37,145 bases of DNA from a virus, in the UHGV virus genome UHGV-1356563. The stretch is one strand, 5' to 3'. The notes beneath the pieces were generated by a model that saw only the letters and a list, made by a program, of their open reading frames with translations, made no database searches and had not been told where the DNA came from. Of the stretch, positions 27,492 to 34,849 are shown in pieces (positions within the stretch are counted from its first letter, which is position 1; each line of letters begins with the position of its first letter). Position numbers and translations under genes: made by a program.

Positions 27492-28123
27492 TCGAATACC
27501 TCTTCTGCTTCTTGCACTGCTGCTTCAAAATCAAACGGGTTTTCCGCTACTCTTGTATCGCTTTTGGATATGTCCTCTGCTTCACCCTCGACATAAGCCC
27601 CCATAAGAGAATTTGGAGTATATACCCGAGCAAAGAACGCAGCCGCACGATATGCAAGCATCTGCTCCGGCATGGTTTTCCATTTACTTCCCGTTTTTTC
27701 GTACCATCCCTCTTTTTTAGCCATTTCGATCGTCACTGTAGTTCCTTTGATTTTCTCTCCACTATCTTTATATTCTGCTTCAATTCTGCATCCCCAATTA
27801 TCTGTATGAGGTGTTCCATCGTACACCGGACGGACGTTTTTGAATTCTGTATTCGCCCGGATCATACTCATACAAGCCTGTCCACTCCATGTAGGCTTAC
27901 CTTTTACAACATACAGGTTCTGCATGACCACCATAGGGGATACCCCCATCCGATTCGCCATATCTACTGCAATCGTGCAATCCATCGGCTTGCCTTGGTA
28001 ATTCTGTGGCACCAGCTGCGATGTAGCAAACATTTTCCCGATATCAAAAATTTTTTGAAAACTCTGGCTGTCCGCAAATGGACTCAATTCGTGTTTTTCC
28101 TCTTTTACAATCATTTCTTCCAT
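27488..28123 (-). CDS. recT: RecT-family single-strand annealing protein
   Basis: 211 aa. The C-terminal SKWKTMPEQMLAYRAAAFFARVYTP matches the RecT SPW...hpeeM..K.a.rrl.K motif. AAGGAG RBS. Confidence 0.6.
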   Translation of the reverse strand: MEEMIVKEEKHELSPFADSQSFQKIFDIGKMFATSQLVPQNYQGKPMDCTIAVDMANRMGVSPMVVMQNLYVVKGKPTWSGQACMSMIRANTEFKNVRPVYDGTPHTDNWGCRIEAEYKDSGEKIKGTTVTIEMAKKEGWYEKTGSKWKTMPEQMLAYRAAAFFARVYTPNSLMGAYVEGEAEDISKSDTRVAENPFDFEAAVQEAEEVFE

Positions 28124-28141
28124 ATCGATTCTCCTTACGTT

Positions 28142-28309
28142 TTAATTTTCATGTACCCAATTCCCGGAATAAAACCATTCCACCAGCATTTCTTTAAATT
28201 CCTTCTGGTCATCCGGTGTCCCGCTCAAGCATCTTTCAAGCGCATATTCAAACGCCTGATCTTCTGTTACTACCGTGTCTTTTTCTGGTCCGATACCTAC
28301 ATACATCAT
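28142..28309 (-). CDS. Small hypothetical protein, 55 aa
   Basis: The ATG overlaps the upstream stop (ATGA). It ends 18 nt before the RecT RBS. Below the ORF-track cutoff. Confidence 0.3.
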   Translation of the reverse strand: MMYVGIGPEKDTVVTEDQAFEYALERCLSGTPDDQKEFKEMLVEWFYSGNWVHEN

Positions 28310-28572
28310 TCGTCCTCCGTCTTGTCCACTGCCATTTCCAGCAATACCCCAACTAAAATAATTGCATCATCTAGTTGCTTATCTGTTCCAATCCAGTCAA
28401 ACAAATCGTAACCTCTATTCGCGACAAATCCGTTTTCTTGCGCGGACAAAAGTATTCTGCCACCGTAATTCAAGAATTCAATGCTTACATAAGGGTACCC
28501 ATCCTTACCTTCTCCACGCTCTTGAATCTCAAGAATTAAGTCTAAAAGTTCATGTATTTTCTTTCTATCCAT
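28306..28572 (-). CDS. Hypothetical phage protein
   Basis: 88-aa ORF with TAGGAGGATAAGCA RBS. Confidence 0.45.
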   Translation of the reverse strand: MDRKKIHELLDLILEIQERGEGKDGYPYVSIEFLNYGGRILLSAQENGFVANRGYDLFDWIGTDKQLDDAIILVGVLLEMAVDKTEDE

Positions 28573-28659
28573 TGCTTATCCTCCTAAAATCTGTTAATAT
28601 AGAATCGTATTTTTTCCTGAGTACCTACGGCTCCCCAGCCTTTTTGTAGGTGCTCATTT

Positions 28660-28848
28660 TTAATACCCAAACGCCAGATACCACGACAGCATCACCAAGA
28701 TAAACCCGATCACCATCGCACCGACTCTGATCCAATAAGGCTTGTCCTTTGGTTCCGGCAGATCTACCGATACAGACCGGATGTCCCAGCTATTTAAGGT
28801 GTTTGGATGCTGGGTGGTGGCGCAGCGGTATGTTCCTTTTATTGTCAC
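28660..28848 (-). CDS. Small membrane protein
   Basis: 62 aa with a C-terminal hydrophobic helix (VGAMVIGFILVMLSWYLAF). Confidence 0.4.
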   Translation of the reverse strand: MTIKGTYRCATTQHPNTLNSWDIRSVSVDLPEPKDKPYWIRVGAMVIGFILVMLSWYLAFGY

Positions 28849-29114
28849 AATATCAATCCTCCTAATCTCCGCTTTTCTTCCTCTGTTATCTTTAATGCCT
28901 TACATATCAACCTTAATTCCCGCAGGTTAAATTTGTTTGGATCTCGTATTTTCGCGTACAGGGTGCTTTCTGGTATCCCTGTAAGATTGGACAGGTCATC
29001 TATTCCCATGTCTTTAAGTCTTCTTGCATTGTCAATACTGCCACGCAAGACTCTGTTTTTTATTTCGTTTTCGCTAACTGCAGTTCTTGGCACAATATCA
29101 GTCCTCCAATACAT
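28845..29114 (-). CDS. XRE-family HTH DNA-binding protein
   Basis: HTH segment IDDLSNLTGIPESTLYAKIRD. The exact start is uncertain; there is an internal GGAGG followed by GTG. Confidence 0.5.
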   Translation of the reverse strand: MYWRTDIVPRTAVSENEIKNRVLRGSIDNARRLKDMGIDDLSNLTGIPESTLYAKIRDPNKFNLRELRLICKALKITEEEKRRLGGLIL

Positions 29115-29120
29115 ACGATG

Positions 29121-29279
29121 TTAAATATTGTCTTTTTTCTCGTTTTCTTCTTCGCTCTCATGCTTTTTTCGAGACACCATAGCCTCCGCAAAGCCGAGAA
29201 AATACCCTTTATTCATGTCCGACATATCCGGCAGTGCTTGCGCCACTTTTCTGATGATTTCTTTCTCTTTTTCGCTCAT
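29121..29279 (-). CDS. Small acidic protein, 52 aa
   Basis: ATG at 29279 with a strong AGGAGG 5-6 nt upstream. Below the ORF-track cutoff. Confidence 0.35.
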   Translation of the reverse strand: MSEKEKEIIRKVAQALPDMSDMNKGYFLGFAEAMVSRKKHESEEENEKKDNI

Positions 29280-29288
29280 GTGTACCTC

Positions 29289-30005
29289 CTATGCTACATT
29301 CAGGAATTTATTGATAAAATACTGCTGTCCTTTGCCGGTTACTTTTGTGGTTTTGTTAATCCGAACGGAACCATCTGGATTCATAGCTGTTGTCTCTTTC
29401 ACTTCAAACAGCCCTAAATTCATAGATTTCTGTGTGGGCGAGTTCCATTCCGTTCCTTTTCTCTTACTCAGATATCCATTTTCACGCAACCACTCAAATA
29501 AGCGCTTCTGCCCTGTTTCGACGCCGTTCTGTTTCAAAATCTTCGCCAGATCGCCGATTAAGATGGATGTATGACTGGTAGCGACAGCATCCGCGAATAT
29601 CGCTTTCGGCTTCATTTCCTCAATTTGCGCTGTCTGCTCTTCGATTGTCTTCTGCGCTTCTAAGACCGCCAGTGCGAGGAGTTCTTTGCCCTGTGGAATG
29701 TGTTCTTTAATGATGTCTTCCATTTCGTGGAATCGCTTGATGTATTTTGCTGTGAACTCTGTTCCTTTAATTCCAGTAAGCTTATGAGCAATTAACTCAC
29801 ACCCGTCTTTTGTGATTAAGTAGCACGGCATCGTTTTATTTTGTGCTGTCGTATACGTGGATTCTGTAAAGAAATCGGTGGGCTGAATTTTCAGCTCTCC
29901 TAATTCAGATACATATACACGAATATCGGCTAACAAATTCTTGTGTTTCTTTCCAACCATCTCAGCCACTTCCCGGCTGTCTAATTTCTGTTGTAATTCG
30001 TTCAA
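29289..30005 (-). CDS. Antirepressor (Rha N-terminal domain + KilA-C domain)
   Basis: The N-terminus LDSREVAEMVGKKHKNLLADIRVYV matches the phage Rha family. The C-terminus AIFADAVATSHTSILIGDLAKILKQNGVETGQKRLFEWLRENGYL matches the KilAC domain. Confidence 0.8.
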   Translation of the reverse strand: MNELQQKLDSREVAEMVGKKHKNLLADIRVYVSELGELKIQPTDFFTESTYTTAQNKTMPCYLITKDGCELIAHKLTGIKGTEFTAKYIKRFHEMEDIIKEHIPQGKELLALAVLEAQKTIEEQTAQIEEMKPKAIFADAVATSHTSILIGDLAKILKQNGVETGQKRLFEWLRENGYLSKRKGTEWNSPTQKSMNLGLFEVKETTAMNPDGSVRINKTTKVTGKGQQYFINKFLNVA

Positions 30006-30131
30006 TACCTTTTACCTCCTATTTTTATTGCCATCGTAACCTCCGTGGCGGGATTGCTTTCTTTTTGTTTATCTCCTATACTGTAAATACAGGGCACTGC
30101 CATGCCTGAGTATTACGAAAGGAGCGATTTT

Positions 30132-30359
30132 ATGAGACGTTGTAATTCACCATTTAACGGCAATCGCTATGTGCTTAATAAAAACACTGGTGAAATCCAT
30201 GATTTAGACCGCGAAACCTCGTGCTGCCGCATAAATGATATAAAGTCCGAACATATCTTCAATTGCAGTTCCTATGAGGAAGCTGTTGTTTTTTCTTCCA
30301 TGCTTGACATCAGAAGAAACGGATGTGCTCACTGCATGCCAGAGAAAAACAACGGATAA
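30132..30359 (+). CDS. Cys-rich hypothetical protein encoded antisense to the early operon (moron-like), 75 aa
   Basis: ATG at 30132 with AAAGGAG 7 nt upstream. Eight Cys (C...CC...C...C..C). The next gene on this strand begins at 31213. A hairpin plus T-tract follows it. Confidence 0.45.
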   Translation: MRRCNSPFNGNRYVLNKNTGEIHDLDRETSCCRINDIKSEHIFNCSSYEEAVVFSSMLDIRRNGCAHCMPEKNNG

Positions 30360-30751
30360 CCATTAAGAGCTGCTTTTTTTAAATGAGGTAGCTCTTTTTC
30401 AGGCATCTCCTCTTCAAGAAGTTCTGCAAATGCTTCAGGAGTTTTTTTGACTTCGATCAAGCCAAATACCATATTAGAAAACTCTTTCTCTCTAGTAATG
30501 GATTTCAATACATCGAATTTTTTTATCTTTCTATCCTTATTTTCTTCGTCAAGGCCTATAAACTCATCGATATATTTTTCGATACGTTCAACCCCCTGAA
30601 TTTCTTCGCGCAACTCTTCTGGTTGTTCAAGAATTTTTTTCACAGCATTCCTGATTAAATTCTCCGTATTTGCCTTCTGAATTTTGATGTCATCTTCACA
30701 CTTTTTGATGCGATACAACAAGCAATCCCATTTTTGTCTTGAAACCCACAT
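30329..30751 (-). CDS. Hypothetical early protein (140 aa)
   Basis: ATG at 30751 (MWVSRQKWD...) with GAAAGGAAGGTGAG upstream. The ORF-track N-terminal extension to 30886 would overlap the upstream gene. Confidence 0.4.
   Translation of the reverse strand: MWVSRQKWDCLLYRIKKCEDDIKIQKANTENLIRNAVKKILEQPEELREEIQGVERIEKYIDEFIGLDEENKDRKIKKFDVLKSITREKEFSNMVFGLIEVKKTPEAFAELLEEEMPEKELPHLKKAALNGYPLFFSGMQ
30365..30400 (+). terminator. Candidate terminator for the plus-strand moron
   Basis: AAGAGCT-N18-AGCTCTT followed by TTTC. The loop is T-rich. Weak. Confidence 0.3.
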
Positions 30752-30770
30752 CTTTCTCACCTTCCTTTCT

Positions 30771-31046
30771 TTAAACTCTGTCCTCTGCATTTCCGGGCTT
30801 GGAACCGGCTTCGGCTGCATTGCAGTGCCGGGACGTATCCGGCGGTTTATCAGAGCTGTTGTCATTTTCTTCAAGCCCAAGATCAATCAACATATCATTG
30901 AATTGATTGGAAATCTTTAAAATAAATTTTGTTAAAATAATAAGAGATTTCACATTCCCACGATCTGCTATCTTCCTGTGAGCTGATAGCAGATTTTTTA
31001 TAACTGTCTTTCTAATGTAAAATCCAAATTCTTCTTTTATTTTCAT
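30771..31046 (-). CDS. First early-operon protein (Cro-position), 91 aa
   Basis: ATG at 31046 with GTGAGGAA 8 nt upstream. It lies ~45 nt downstream of the leftward promoter. No obvious HTH. Confidence 0.4.
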   Translation of the reverse strand: MKIKEEFGFYIRKTVIKNLLSAHRKIADRGNVKSLIILTKFILKISNQFNDMLIDLGLEENDNSSDKPPDTSRHCNAAEAGSKPGNAEDRV

Positions 31047-31083
31047 TTCCATTTCCTCACTTTCAGTTTTTGTTTGTGTTGTT

Positions 31084-31099
31084 TGAGTTTGTAAACTCA
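31084..31099. promoter_or_regulatory. Operator O1: palindrome TGAGTTT-GT-AAACTCA
   Basis: Perfect 7+7 inverted repeat overlapping the -10 and start site of the leftward promoter. Confidence 0.45.
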
Positions 31100-31127
31100 T
31101 AATACATCCGTTTTTAGAGTTTGTCAA
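31099..31127 (-). promoter_or_regulatory. Leftward early promoter (PL-like)
   Basis: On the minus strand, TTGACA (31127..31122), a 17-nt spacer, then TATTAT (31104..31099). Confidence 0.5.
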
Positions 31128-31156
31128 CCCTATTTTTTAAAAATTTATTCGTTTTT

Positions 31157-31172
31157 TGAGTTGATAAACTCA
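31157..31172. promoter_or_regulatory. Operator O2: TGAGTT-GATA-AACTCA
   Basis: Inverted repeat sharing half-sites with O1. It overlaps the -35 of the rightward promoter. An extra half-site GAGTTTGT at 31117..31124 overlaps the PL -35. Confidence 0.45.
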
Positions 31173-31189
31173 TGCAGTTATGATATAAT
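31161..31189 (+). promoter_or_regulatory. Rightward promoter of the repressor gene (PRM/PR-like)
   Basis: TTGATA (31161..31166), a 17-nt spacer, then TATAAT (31184..31189). It is 24 nt upstream of the repressor ATG. Confidence 0.55.
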
Positions 31190-31212
31190 GTACTTTGCAA
31201 GGAGGTGATAGA

Positions 31213-31593
31213 ATGGAAATGTTCGAGCGAATAAAACTCCTCCGGACTGAACAATTACATATGACACAGACCGAATTCGGTGAAGCTCTTGGCGTAAAAA
31301 GAGACGTTATAAATAATATTGAAAATAACCGTTTGAAAAATCCAGAGAAACAGGAACCGATTTATAGGTTGATGTGCAAAAAATTCAATGTAAACGAAGA
31401 ATGGTTAAGAACCGGAAACGGTGAAATGTTTATCCCGTTGACAAGAGACCAGTTGATTACAGACTTTGCTGCTGATCTTATAATGGAAAACGATACATTT
31501 AAAAAGAGATTAGTAGAAGCTCTTGCAAAGCTGGATGAAAGTGAATGGGATGTCCTGGAAAAGCTCGCAGAGAGCTTAATTAAAAAAGACTAG
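31213..31593 (+). CDS. cI-like repressor (XRE-family HTH)
   Basis: 126 aa from the ATG at 31213 with GGAGGTGA 7 nt upstream. HTH LRTEQLHMTQTEFGEALGVKRDVINNIEN. It is divergent from the early operon. Confidence 0.8.
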   Translation: MEMFERIKLLRTEQLHMTQTEFGEALGVKRDVINNIENNRLKNPEKQEPIYRLMCKKFNVNEEWLRTGNGEMFIPLTRDQLITDFAADLIMENDTFKKRLVEALAKLDESEWDVLEKLAESLIKKD

Positions 31594-31605
31594 GGTTTCC
31601 CCTAG
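31590..31605. terminator. Hairpin CTAGGG-TTTC-CCCTAG overlapping the repressor stop
   Basis: 6-bp stem. On the minus strand it is followed by TCTTTTTTAATT, giving a T-run. It may be bidirectional. Confidence 0.35.
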
Positions 31606-31700
31606 CCTAAAAGCTTTATGCAGAATCGGTACACAAGTTCCAACACCTCAATATTGTTGGACTTGTTGACCAATTCGATGATAAGTTTTTTGTAGTCCAT
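31602..31700 (-). CDS. Small ORF, 32 aa
   Basis: ATG at 31700 with AGGGGGGA 7 nt upstream. It ends within the hairpin at the repressor 3' end. Very short. Confidence 0.3.
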   Translation of the reverse strand: MDYKKLIIELVNKSNNIEVLELVYRFCIKLLG

Positions 31701-31897
31701 TTCGCAATCCCCCCTAACTGCAAAAACACTTGTTCGAAATCCCTGAACATATAATACTATCTCAGGAGACAAAAATCAATATTTTGTTCGAACATTTGTT
31801 CTGTTATTTTATGGCAATATTTTGCCCTCTATTAAGTAAACAGTTAAAATTCGGGAAACTTACGCGAAAATGGACAATCGTCCCAGATATGGGACAG

Positions 31898-32095
31898 TTA
31901 TTTGTATGGAGAGTCGATAAGGTCTGAAATTCGGACTTTTAAGCCCTTGGCAAGTATTTCCAAATTATCAGCGGATGGTGATACCGCACCATTTGCGATG
32001 CGGCTGATCGTGGATTTTGGTATCCCTGTTAATATCGATACTTGCCGAACTGATAGATTTTTATTAAACATGATCTTATCGAGTAGTATCTTCAT
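31898..32095 (-). CDS. Second XRE-family HTH protein (Cro/CI-type), possibly leaderless
   Basis: 65 aa. Strong HTH LSVRQVSILTGIPKSTISRI. There is no SD. A TACAAT -10-like hexamer lies 9 nt upstream of the ATG. Confidence 0.5.
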   Translation of the reverse strand: MKILLDKIMFNKNLSVRQVSILTGIPKSTISRIANGAVSPSADNLEILAKGLKVRISDLIDSPYK

Positions 32096-32220
32096 AATAT
32101 TTTAATTGTAGTATATTCCAGAGTTGGAAACTACAGGTAAATAATGGTAATGATATAACCGCTTCGGCGTTTATATATAGAGTAAAGTGGTGTTAGTGCG
32201 CATAAGAAAGTGAGGAAATT

Positions 32221-32751
32221 ATGAAAAAGAAAATTGTAGCAATGTTATTAGTAGGAACTATGGCATTATCTATTACGGCGTGCGGTGGAGACACTGAATC
32301 TTCCAAGGAAAGTGAGACAAAAACAGAATCAACAACAGAGCAAAAAGAAGAGTCAAAAGAAGAAGCGCAGCCAGTTGATGACGGAATCATAGATTTTACA
32401 GCAGAAAAATTTAATGTAAAATATGTAAGACATGAATTTGCAAACGATTACGAAGGAAATAAATGTTTGCTTTACTACTACACTTTCACGAACAATTCTG
32501 ATGAAAATGCAACAGCTGGAATTGCGGCAAATGTGCAGTGTTTCCAAGACGGCAGTGAGTGCGAAATAGGAATCATGGCAGAGCAGAACGACTCAATGAA
32601 CAACTACGCCTTGAACGAAGTACAGCCAGGTGGAACTGTTGAAGTGTGTCAGGTGTATAAATTAAAGAGTGACACAGAACTCACGATTGAAGCATCTGAT
32701 ATGATATCGTTTGATAACAAAAAAGACACTCAAAAAATAGCGGTGCAGTAA
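32221..32751 (+). CDS. Lipoprotein (signal peptide + lipobox ITAC)
   Basis: 176 aa. N-terminus MKKKIVAMLLVGTMALSITACGG. GTGAGGAAA RBS. S/T/E/K-rich linker. AT-rich moron-like context in the lysogeny module. Confidence 0.7.
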   Translation: MKKKIVAMLLVGTMALSITACGGDTESSKESETKTESTTEQKEESKEEAQPVDDGIIDFTAEKFNVKYVRHEFANDYEGNKCLLYYYTFTNNSDENATAGIAANVQCFQDGSECEIGIMAEQNDSMNNYALNEVQPGGTVEVCQVYKLKSDTELTIEASDMISFDNKKDTQKIAVQ

Positions 32752-32786
32752 AATAAAGGCATTGAAAAGGTGTGCAGGGGAAAGAT

Positions 32787-33191
32787 ATGGGATTTCGTTT
32801 TAGGAAGAGTGTGAAATTAGCTCCTGGAGTAAAATTGAATATAGGAAAGAAAAGTGTCGGGATAAGTGCTGGAAATAAGTACGGAGGCATTTCTTGTAAC
32901 ACAAGTACTGGAGCAAAAGGGAGAACGACATTATACGGAACAGGACTATCATATCAGCGGAAGATAGGTGGTAATGCAGTTAATGATACAGATACCAAAA
33001 ATGAGAAAACTTTAAATGCAACCACATATCTAATACTTTCTATCTTTCTCGGAATGCTCGGTGTTCACAGATTTTACAGAAATCAAATAGGTATAGGAAT
33101 ACTATACTTATTTACAGCTGGATTGTTCGGGATAGGATGGATTGTTGACATTATAAACGCGATAAGATTATACGTTTATTTGAAAATATGA
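32787..33191 (+). CDS. Membrane protein: DUF4236-like N-terminus + TM2 domain
   Basis: 134 aa from the ATG at 32787. N-terminus MGFRFRKSVKLAPGVKLNIGKKSVG. C-terminal TM2-type pair of helices (LGMLGVHRFYRNQIGIGILYLFTAGLFGIGWIVDII). Confidence 0.6.
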   Translation: MGFRFRKSVKLAPGVKLNIGKKSVGISAGNKYGGISCNTSTGAKGRTTLYGTGLSYQRKIGGNAVNDTDTKNEKTLNATTYLILSIFLGMLGVHRFYRNQIGIGILYLFTAGLFGIGWIVDIINAIRLYVYLKI

Positions 33192-33352
33192 CAAAACAAA
33201 ACCGCCCCTGCGCCAACAGAGACGGTATACATATCCGAAGATATGCGATTGAAATCCACGAATATTGTATCATCTTCGGAAACAGCTTGCAAGCGGAACA
33301 TATGTTTTGCGCTGGCTGTTATTTTTGTACTAAAATTTAAGGAGATGATGAT

Positions 33353-34459
33353 ATGGCAACAGCAAAACAGCTACCATCTGGAACGTGGAGATGCCTTGTG
33401 TATAGCCACAAGGAGAAATTATACACGGAAGATGGGGCACCGATTATTGACGAAAAGACAGGGAAGCAGAAAGAAAAGAGAATCTACGAATCCTTTACAA
33501 GCTCCCTCCCGGGGCGAAAGGGAAAGCAGGATGCAGAAGCACAGGCAGCCACATTTCTTGCGGAGCGAGAATTTAAGCAGCGCCCAGAAAATCTAACCGT
33601 AAAAGAGGCCTTTAAACGGTACATAGCCGCGAAAGAAAATGTGCTGTCAGAAACCACATTGCGCGGGTATGAGACGATTATGAACAACCAGATTACAGAT
33701 ATTGCAGAAATCAGTATACGCAAGATCACACCAGAGAATGTGCAGATGTGGATCAATAATCTATCCGCAAGACTATCGCCAAAAACCGTAAAGAACGCCT
33801 ATGGACTTTTTATCCCGGTAATGTCTATGTATGCCCCAGATCGGACATTTAAAACCACCCTCCCTCAGTCGGAAGAACTAGAGTATTATACTCCATCCGA
33901 TCAAGATATAGTAAATCTAATAGAGTACATTAAGGGAACAGAACTTGAAAAAGCTGTGCTTCTGGCTGCTTTTGGTAGTCTCAGACGAGGGGAAGTGTGC
34001 GGGCTTGAAAAAGAGGATATAAACGGTAACTCAATCCGCGTCAGGATAACAAGAGTACGCGGAAGAAAAGGAATGATTGAGAAATCACCTAAAACGAAAA
34101 AGAGTTATAGATACATTATTTTCCCGGAATTTGTTATACGGAAATTTGATGATGTGGAGGGGAAGCTTGTTAAAATGCATCCAGAAGATATATCCAAAAA
34201 GTTCGGGCGCATACTGCAAGCCGCAGGTATACCAAAATTCCGATTCCACGATCTTAGACATTACACAGCATCGATCATGCACGCTATTGGGATACCAGAC
34301 CAGTACATTATGAAGCGCGGCGGTTGGAAATCTGACCAGATACTAAAGAAGGTATACCGAAACACGATTGATGCAGAAGACAAGAAATTTATCGATAAAG
34401 TAAACTCACATTTTGAGAACATGCAACACGAAATGCAACACGTAGAAAAAGAAGCTTGA
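33353..34459 (+). CDS. int: Tyrosine integrase (phage integrase family)
   Basis: 368 aa. N-terminus LPSGTWR. Catalytic region includes ...RFHDLRHYTAS... (R...HxxR...Y). AAGGAG RBS. Confidence 0.9.
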   Translation: MATAKQLPSGTWRCLVYSHKEKLYTEDGAPIIDEKTGKQKEKRIYESFTSSLPGRKGKQDAEAQAATFLAEREFKQRPENLTVKEAFKRYIAAKENVLSETTLRGYETIMNNQITDIAEISIRKITPENVQMWINNLSARLSPKTVKNAYGLFIPVMSMYAPDRTFKTTLPQSEELEYYTPSDQDIVNLIEYIKGTELEKAVLLAAFGSLRRGEVCGLEKEDINGNSIRVRITRVRGRKGMIEKSPKTKKSYRYIIFPEFVIRKFDDVEGKLVKMHPEDISKKFGRILQAAGIPKFRFHDLRHYTASIMHAIGIPDQYIMKRGGWKSDQILKKVYRNTIDAEDKKFIDKVNSHFENMQHEMQHVEKEA

Positions 34460-34484
34460 ATTTACGCGCATTTTAAGCAAAAAT

Positions 34485-34511
34485 GTGAGGGTTCGACTCC
34501 CGCCAGGTCCA
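34485..34511. other. tRNA/tmRNA 3'-end-like segment (candidate attP core)
   Basis: GTGAGGGTTCGACTCCCGCCAGGTCCA contains a T-loop consensus (GGTTCGACTCC) followed by an acceptor-like 3' strand. No matching 5' half is nearby. Confidence 0.3.
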
Positions 34512-34518
34512 TTTTGAA

Positions 34519-34551
34519 GGGAACGGCGAGAAATCGCAGGTTCCCTTTTTT
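34519..34551 (+). terminator. Rho-independent terminator of int
   Basis: GGGAAC-N15-GTTCCC followed by TTTTTT. Confidence 0.6.
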
Positions 34552-34669
34552 ACTGGGCTTTTCGAGTCTATGATTTGATAAAAACTATAATATTTTATAA
34601 TTCGTGTTGCATTTTAGAGGTGTATGCAACACGAAATGCAACACGAAAACACAAGATGATACAATATTC

Positions 34670-34849
34670 TCAGGACGGTAACTCCATCCGTCCAACACTC
34701 ATATACGCCGCACGCAGAAAGGTGTGCATCATTTCGGTTGTCAGGATCATCCCTTCTGGCAACCGGAATTCGAATGCATTTCCCGGTATCTCCATAAACT
34801 CTTGGTATAGTAAAAACGTATCGTAAGATTCGTAGATTTGGTATTCCAT
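34670..34849 (-). CDS. Small ORF (59 aa) with its own promoter inside the attP-proximal region
   Basis: ATG at 34849 with GAGGGGGAA 5-6 nt upstream. An extended -10 TGCTATAAT lies at 34887..34879 on the minus strand. It is in a different frame from the 83-aa GTG ORF in the track. Confidence 0.4.
   Translation of the reverse strand: MEYQIYESYDTFLLYQEFMEIPGNAFEFRLPEGMILTTEMMHTFLRAAYMSVGRMELPS

Larger units (their letters stand above)
34421..34647. other. Candidate intact attP: core flanked by arm-type repeats ATGCAACACGAA
   Basis: Direct copies at 34421..34432, 34433..34442, 34624..34635 and 34636..34647. Inverted copy at 34601..34612. The left pair lies within the last codons of int. Confidence 0.45.

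Noticed and set aside
27479-28411. 310-aa plus-strand ORF
   Set aside because: It lies antisense to the RecT-like and neighbouring genes. It has no RBS, and its composition is the mirror image of the coding strand.
30752-30886. N-terminal 45-aa extension of the 30329..30886 ORF
   Set aside because: It would overlap the upstream gene. The internal ATG at 30751 is preceded by GAAAGGAAGGTGAG and sits exactly after the upstream stop.
34485-34511. Complete tRNA gene at the attachment site
   Set aside because: Only a T-arm plus acceptor 3' half is present. There is no complementary 5' acceptor strand or D/anticodon arms within 100 nt. It is therefore treated as a core-type fragment, not a gene.
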